DNA of 64,000 nt from Elsinoe ampelina (Eukaryota): NCBI GenBank assembly GCA_010093995.1, contig ML992507.1:202781-266780 (forward strand). Direction: 5' to 3'. The notes under the pieces are model-generated. The model did not search any database, was not told the DNA's origin, and worked only from the letters and a program-made list of their open reading frames with translations. A program made the translations under genes and the position numbers. This document shows, one piece after another, positions 57,701 to 64,000 of this stretch; the first letter of the stretch is position 1, and every line of letters starts with the position of its first letter.

Positions 57701-58484
57701 ATGATACGATCTCCCGGATCAGAGTCGTCACAGCCGGACTTGTCTGCATATCCTCTGCCAGCACCAGAGGGAGAATCTTCTCTATGCATTTCCGCACATG
57801 CGCCTGCTGCATGAGCTTGGTGTCCGAGAAAGCCAGCGCCGCAGCTTTGTGCAATCTTCCATCCTTGTACTTTCCCGCAATCGCGAGGTCCAACTCTTCC
57901 GACTCAGTCATGTCTCGAGTCAAGTTCTTTCCACGTACAAGTCGCTCCGCAGTGTAGAACTCCTGCATGTGATCCGTGATGATAGGGACGATTCTCATGA
58001 CAACAATCTCAATGAAGTCAAGCTCCACCACTCGTGCCTGTATGTTTGCGACTGCATCTCTGATCGCGCGATCCACCTCGTTCTGGAAAAGCGATTTGCT
58101 ACTGATGTGGGTGAACCAAGTGCTGATGAAGGTGTCTGTTACCAGCCCGAGGAGGACGTCTATGCGGTCCGACAGCTTCTTTTGCTTCGGAAGGATCTTG
58201 CGACTGTTATAGCGTGACCTTCGCTCCAATTCGGCCTTCTCTTTCTTCCACGCAGTGGTTGCGACAAAGGCGGGTATTGCTCGTGGTGCCGTTCGTGAGA
58301 TTCCATGGTCGATTGTCCGGACCGTCGTGAAGACAATATATGCGACCAGTAAGATAGATGCCAGGAAGCCAGTGAGGAATGCGTGAGGGATCCAGCGAAG
58401 AGATGGTAACGCCGACGTGAGGAGCAGCCAGCTCACCAGAATGGCTATACCAGCTCCAATGACATGTTTACGCTCAAGGCCCAT
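54766..58484 (-). CDS. MDM1: PXA-RGS-PX-Nexin_C sorting nexin (Mdm1/SNX13-14-25 family)
   Basis: N-terminal TM helices; PXA (FISTWFTHIS); RGS (SGLSYFMEFMDR..LVQFW); PX (WTVARRYSEFHEL); Nexin_C (WLRGRAVVVVLHQLLGGTVERK); last exon after an intron at ~54881..54838. Confidence 0.9.
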
Positions 58485-58760
58485 GATATTTTCGACGGAA
58501 CTTCCTCGTCCTGCCCCCACCTGACATTTTGCAGCGTCCAAGTATCAGTTTGTGATGTGTTGATGGTACAGCTGCAAAGAGGATGTCGCAAATGCACATG
58601 ATGCGGTCTCAGACCTCCGAAGCTAGCGAATCCTGCCGCAAACTTGGGAGATGAGGTCCTAAGAGATTACAACATGATAAAGATTTCACCTTGACTTGAA
58701 AAGGATTCAAAAGACTTTTGAATGTCTCTGCATGATCAGATTTGTACTATATGGGTATCT

Positions 58761-61458
58761 TCAATAGTCATCAGGCTCATCTGCGAGCAATTTAGCGTAA
58801 TCGTCCACGGAAGCAAAAGTGGGCAAATGCTTCAACTTCCTCCGCTTCGCCCGCTTATCGTTCTTGTCCGCTTTACCCTTTGCTCCCTCTTCCTGCTCCA
58901 TCGGCAATCCTTCGAAATCAGAGGGGAGATCGGCATCGTCTCCCATTAGAGCATCCTCGTCGTCAAAATCGAAGTCAGCCGAAGCATCGTCCGCAGCGCC
59001 TTTAGCGTCACCTTCCTCTTCGTCGGGAAAGTCCGCAATTTGTACACCCTCGTCCCCATCCGCGTCAGACTCCATGTCCTCTGCTGCGATCTCACTTCCA
59101 GAGTAATCCTCGAGATCGCCCATGCTGAGATCGTCGTCATCGTCGGCGTCGATCTCTGGTCTCGACTTGACAAGTGCATTCCAGATCTCATCCTCACCAG
59201 ATTCCTCAGCATCGCTCTCATGGTCCTCTACAGTCTTCGACTTCTTCTTCTTGGACGTGACCTTGCCCTTGTTGGTTTGATTGAAGTAGCTGTGGAAGAA
59301 GACCTGGTCTGCTGGAATATCCTTGACGTTACGTGTCCAGAATCCTTCGGTGTTGACCGGTTGGAGAGCCCGTGCGGTATCACTCGTCTTGATCAGCAGA
59401 TCTGACGCTGCGCTGCCAATAAGAGGCTGCATGATTGAGGAGCCTCGAGGAGCAGCTTGCTTCGACTTTGCATTCCGGTAAATAAATCGATCCAAGAAGT
59501 GCATGAGCGAATGCGTGGTCGGATCAGGTTTGGGTGGCATTGCTCTGCGTTCCAATAAGCACTCTGCGAACAGAGATACCGAGGGATGGTAGTGTGCGAC
59601 CAGTGGTAATAGGTCCCACAGTGCGCTACGATCGGCATTGCTGTATTCTGGATCTCGTTTCCGTGGATCGTAGACATTCTTGGAGAGCTTTACTTTGGTC
59701 GACTGAATGTTGCGGCCATTCGTGACAGCTTCTGGCGAAGATTCATCCCCTTCAGGAACATCTACAAAGTGCTCGTCTTCGTCCTCGGGGTCCAATTCAG
59801 CATCACTGATCATGCTTCGTATGGAGGGGAAAGTTGATTGCAGCTCGCTGATCAGGTACAGGACACCGCAGACGAACGGCACCTCATGTAGATTCATGAC
59901 CTGCAACAGTCGCTTGACGAAAGCCTGCACCCTCTTGATATTGATGTCGGATTTCAAAGATTTGTACAACAAATTCAGAAACATGATTTGCTTTGACGAG
60001 TGGATGAGGCGAGGGTCCAGTAGAGACTCGTAAAGTGTTCGGTAGTAGCGGTCGACTCCGTGGTGCTTGCGAGATGTAAGCTTTTGTAACAGCATCAATG
60101 CTTGGATGCTCGTGTTAAAGTTCGACGAATGTGTGATGCGGAAGATGGTATCGATCTGTTCAGCGAAATCCGTGCTGGCTGTATCGGCGAATGGAAAGGC
60201 TCGATTCACGCCGGTGAGGACTTGTGCAGTCATCTTCTCGCTCAGCTCCACGTCTGCTGCGTCTGCCCGCTCCCGAGCTTTAGCTTTTTTTGCTGCTGCT
60301 TTCCCGGCTTTGCCGCCGCCTCCCTGCTGCTTCATCGGTGGTTTCAGTCCCAGTCTAGCAGCCTCCACAGGTTTTAGTAGCTGTATGAACAAGCTGAAGT
60401 ATATACGCAGCAGTTCCGAGGCCGTTTCTTGGTCGCCTTTGCCCAGGATTGTCTGATTCAGGGTGATGATTGAGTAGTATTTCGCGTGAATGCTCTGGCT
60501 GGGTCGGAACAGGCACTCATTCTCGATGGCGTCCACGACAATTCGCTTCATGGCGGGATGCGTGACTTGGAGTTGGAGAAGCAAGTATGATGTCCTAGAT
60601 GCGATCTTTCTGTCCGTATCACCAAGCTTGTTGACCAGAAGTCGCAAAAGGTTTTCCTCTTGCTCCGGTTTGTCCTTGAGTAATTCCCAGACGTACGTGA
60701 TGGCTCTGCTCCGAGCATAATCTACCTCATCCTGACACCATGTCTCCAACACCTTGATGTACTCGAAGTACTGCTTCTTCAACCAGTCCTCGAATGCCCA
60801 CGCGATCAGATGAGCTTCTGTTAGTCCGCCTGGCAAGGGCTTTCCGGGTGACCAACCCTGCGATGAGCTCTGCAAAGCCGATAGAAGTTCCGGCTGCTTT
60901 GCGAAGGTCCGTAATTTACGGTCAGGAAGTACAGATCCCTGACTCAACAAGTCCTTGATCGCCACAGCCGCCATAAGTGCTTGATTCCTGCTCCTCTTGG
61001 CTGCAAGTCCAATTAGATTCTCCAAAGGTTTCATGCCGTGCAGTGGGGACTCTTGTACCAAAAGAGTCAAAGCAGATATCTTGTCCTCCAGAGTTCCCGC
61101 AGACATGATTGTAGAAGCAAACTTTTGTGAGGACGACTTCCCATCGTTCGAGGCGCTGTAGGCTTTGTTCTCGGCCTCGAGAAGACTGGTGGCATGCTGG
61201 TGAATCTTGTCGGTGATGTGAAGTGGTATGACCGCTGACTTCTTGCTCTCGGGTATTTGGGGGAGCTCGGTGACATGCCAATCGGCTCTTGGTGTTACTT
61301 TCTACAATCGTCAGTACAAGTCATTTCCTGACCCGCTGCCCACTTACTAGTTTGACTTTCTCGCCATCTTTGTGCTTTAGAGCTACATGATTGTCCTTGA
61401 AGTCATTCCTATGACCGCCATAGCCCCGCGCCTCCGAGGCCGTTCGTTTCACGCCCAT
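58761..61458 (-). CDS. MAK21: Ribosome biogenesis protein Mak21/Noc1 (CBF domain)
   Basis: GTLEDKISALTLLVQESP; KPEQEENLLRLLVNKLGD; YDPRKRDP; HYHPSV; C-terminal KLKHLPTFASVDDYA; intron 61347..61303. Confidence 0.93.
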
Positions 61459-61626
61459 TTCTCAGCCACTTGGTCTGATATGTTCATCGATGCGAGGAGT
61501 GAAGTCCTCGGCGGAGTGGGAGACAATTTTCTCCCGCATGCAAAGTCCGCTAAATCCGAATGCGAGCACATCACGTGCCATCCACAGCATAAACCTCCGT
61601 TCTATCACAATGCGATTGCAATATCA

Positions 61627-63471
61627 ATGAATCATGCACGGAGAGGTATTGGAACAGCTGTGATCATAGCGTCTAATTGTCGAACATCTATTGCCTCCAA
61701 ACCTTTGCGCGTCACGAGATGGTACACCATATCCCGGGCTCTTGCACAGAGCGGCGCCATTATACATCGATTATCTAAATCATGGATCCCTACGCTAGCT
61801 AAAACAAAGAGCACGACTGGTACAGAGGACTCTCACTCGCTGTTAATACGTGGAGGGTTTCTGCGGCAGGTGAGTTAGAAACCACACAGCGTTCAACCAT
61901 CCATTGACACACACGAGACACATGCAGGCATCTTTCACCTCCTGCCCCTCGGTCAAAGGGTGCAGAGCAAGCTCGAAAATGTTATAGATCACCATATGGA
62001 AAGTGTTGGTGCCAGCGAAGTCTCTCTGTCCAGCATCTCATCAGAAGCGCTGTGGCGTCAGTCAGGCAGGCTGGAAGGCAAAGACTCTGAGCTCTTTCGC
62101 TTCAAAGACCGAAAAGACACAAAGCTGCTGCTATCTCCGACGCATGAAGAGGAGATCACTTCGATCGTCAGTGGCTCTGTTCAATCGCACAAGGATCTCC
62201 CGCTCCGGCTCTATCAGATATCTCGGAAATACCGAGATGAGCAGCGCCCCCGGCAGGGTCTGCTTCGCGGTCGAGAATTCCTCATGAAAGACCTGTATAC
62301 CTTTGACGCCAGCGAAGAGGCTTCTAGAACGACATACGAGGAAGTAAGGTCAGCTTATGAGCGGATTTTCAAGCAATTGACCGTCCCTTTCCTGACAGCT
62401 GCCGCTGACTCCGGGTCGATGGGAGGCAAGATCAGCCACGAGTATCACTACCCTTCACCGGACGGCGAGGACAACATCATCCAATGCTCAAATTGTAGAG
62501 AAACAAGGAACGACGAAGTCGCGGTCACTCGTACTGCCATCGAGGAGAAGGACATGATCCAGGACCGTAATGACATTCATCCGCAGTACGTCGCCACCGT
62601 AGATGGAAAAACGCTCATTCATGTGTGGCTGCCGAACAAAGTCTCGAACACGGCGTCGCCACGACCTCCTACACTCAATCTGAACGCTGTCAAGGCGGCT
62701 TTGCCTGATTTGGACGTCAAGAAGGAATTGGTGATCAATTACACAGACTCACGAATTTATGATCGATCCATATTCCTTCTCGATCCACGAGTGTCCCCGA
62801 GACTCCTGGAGGGTGCCGGTTTCGAGGTTCGGCAGGCCGAAATCGACGGTATTCCCCTCTCCCTCACGACCGTACTTCCTGGCGACCTTTGCATCAGCTG
62901 TGGAGAAGGGCGAGTGAACGTCATCAAAGCCATCGAAGTCGGACACACCTTCAACCTCGGAACCAGATACTCCAAGCCCTTGAAGCTGCAGGTTCGCACA
63001 TCCACGAATGAGCTTGTCGATGTGCAAATGGGCTGTCACGGGATCGGAGTCTCGAGATTGATCGCTGCAATTGCATCGGTCAAGGCAGACGACAAAGGCT
63101 TGAATTGGCCTGCCGTCATCGCTCCGTACTCAGTCCTTGTAATCCCACTCAAGGATCGAGAGGACGATTCGATAAGAGCTGCGACGTCCATCCAGGCTGC
63201 CATCGAAGAAGGATGGAATGGCCTAGCAAAGTTCATGCCCGATGTGGCTGTCGACGACAGGAATAAGGCCGTAGGATGGAAGCTCCGAGACGCTGAACTG
63301 ATCGGCTACCCAATCGTGGTGGTAGTAGGAGACGGTTACTCCAAAAGCAACACAGTGGAGGTCCACTGCCGTCAACTCGGCCTCAAGGAGAAAGAAGTTA
63401 TCCTCGACGCCACCACGCTACAAGACATATTCGTCGCGCTCGAAACCAAAGGCACAGCCTCAGTGTCATAA
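61627..63471 (+). CDS. AIM10: Mitochondrial (bacterial-type) prolyl-tRNA synthetase
   Basis: Basic presequence; SHSLLIRGGFLRQ; PTHEEEIT; YRDEQRPRQGLLRGREFLMKDLY; EVGHTFNLGTRYS; MGCHGIGVSR; intron 61870..61917. Confidence 0.92.
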
Positions 63472-63491
63472 TACTGTACATTATCTACATT

Positions 63492-64000
63492 CTACTCCAT
63501 CCCCTGCATGAATTCCACTTTATCAAGCACCATCCCTCTCACTCCCGCCCATTCTCGCAGCTCGTCCCATTCTGCCCCTTCCTCGTCGCCCCACTTTACG
63601 CGGTTCCTGAAACCCCATGCCTGCGCTATTCGATCCACTGCCGCTCGTTCTTCTTCCCTCACCCATCGCTCCCAGAGTGGCATCCCGCTCGACCACGTCA
63701 CGCGCACCATTTGGTCATTGGCCGTCGTCACGGCAATGTACCCCATGCTGCCTACGACGGCGATGTAGGTCATGATGCCCGCCATAGCGACGGTCGTGGC
63801 GTGTCCAGTGTCCATTGTTGTTTGGATCAGGGCAAACTTGTTCGCGAGGGTGTAGGCTGCGATTGGAGCTATGAATGTGCCGGCTATGGGCACGATGGCG
63901 CTCTTGATGATCTTGAAGCGTGCGTAGGATTTGTGGCAGTAGGTGGAGTCGATGATGGAGAGGGCGAGGGGCAGGGAGTGGTACTTGATTGCTGCTGAGA
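63492..64000 (-). CDS. C-terminal part of a conserved-looking fungal membrane protein; starts beyond the window
   Basis: Frame open from the window edge: ...LALSIIDSTYC...two hydrophobic helices...TANDQMVRVTW..GMPLWERWVREEERAAVDRIAQAWGF...LDKVEFMQGME*. Confidence 0.75.
   Translation of the reverse strand, partial: SAAIKYHSLPLALSIIDSTYCHKSYARFKIIKSAIVPIAGTFIAPIAAYTLANKFALIQTTMDTGHATTVAMAGIMTYIAVVGSMGYIAVTTANDQMVRVTWSSGMPLWERWVREEERAAVDRIAQAWGFRNRVKWGDEEGAEWDELREWAGVRGMVLDKVEFMQGME

Overview
Intron-containing, gene-dense DNA from a filamentous ascomycete (Pezizomycotina; the exact taxon cannot be read from the sequence). About 28 protein-coding genes. The left 13 kb is accessory: a type III polyketide synthase (truncated by the window edge), two secreted GMC oxidoreductases, an HSL-family esterase and a PTH11-like membrane protein. 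The rest is mostly housekeeping (RIX7, VPS20, DIS3, VMA13, DHX35-like helicase, SCY1, BAT1, PITH protein, DPP3, NUP84, ERV29, MDM1/PXA sorting nexin, MAK21, mitochondrial ProRS), interrupted by accessory genes. Main observations: (1) a 680-bp AT-rich non-autonomous DNA transposon at 46539-47218, with 26-bp TIRs and an exact 8-bp TSD, that carries a degenerate tRNA-like Pol III unit and sits just upstream of DPP3; (2) a fungal NLR (SesB-like hydrolase, NB-ARC, TPR) head-to-head with a DUF6601-like two-TM protein, a candidate two-gene immune module; (3) about ten ~1-kb C-rich-to-G-rich skew-inversion domains that ignore gene orientation. Intron boundaries and family assignments were made by eye, without database searches.
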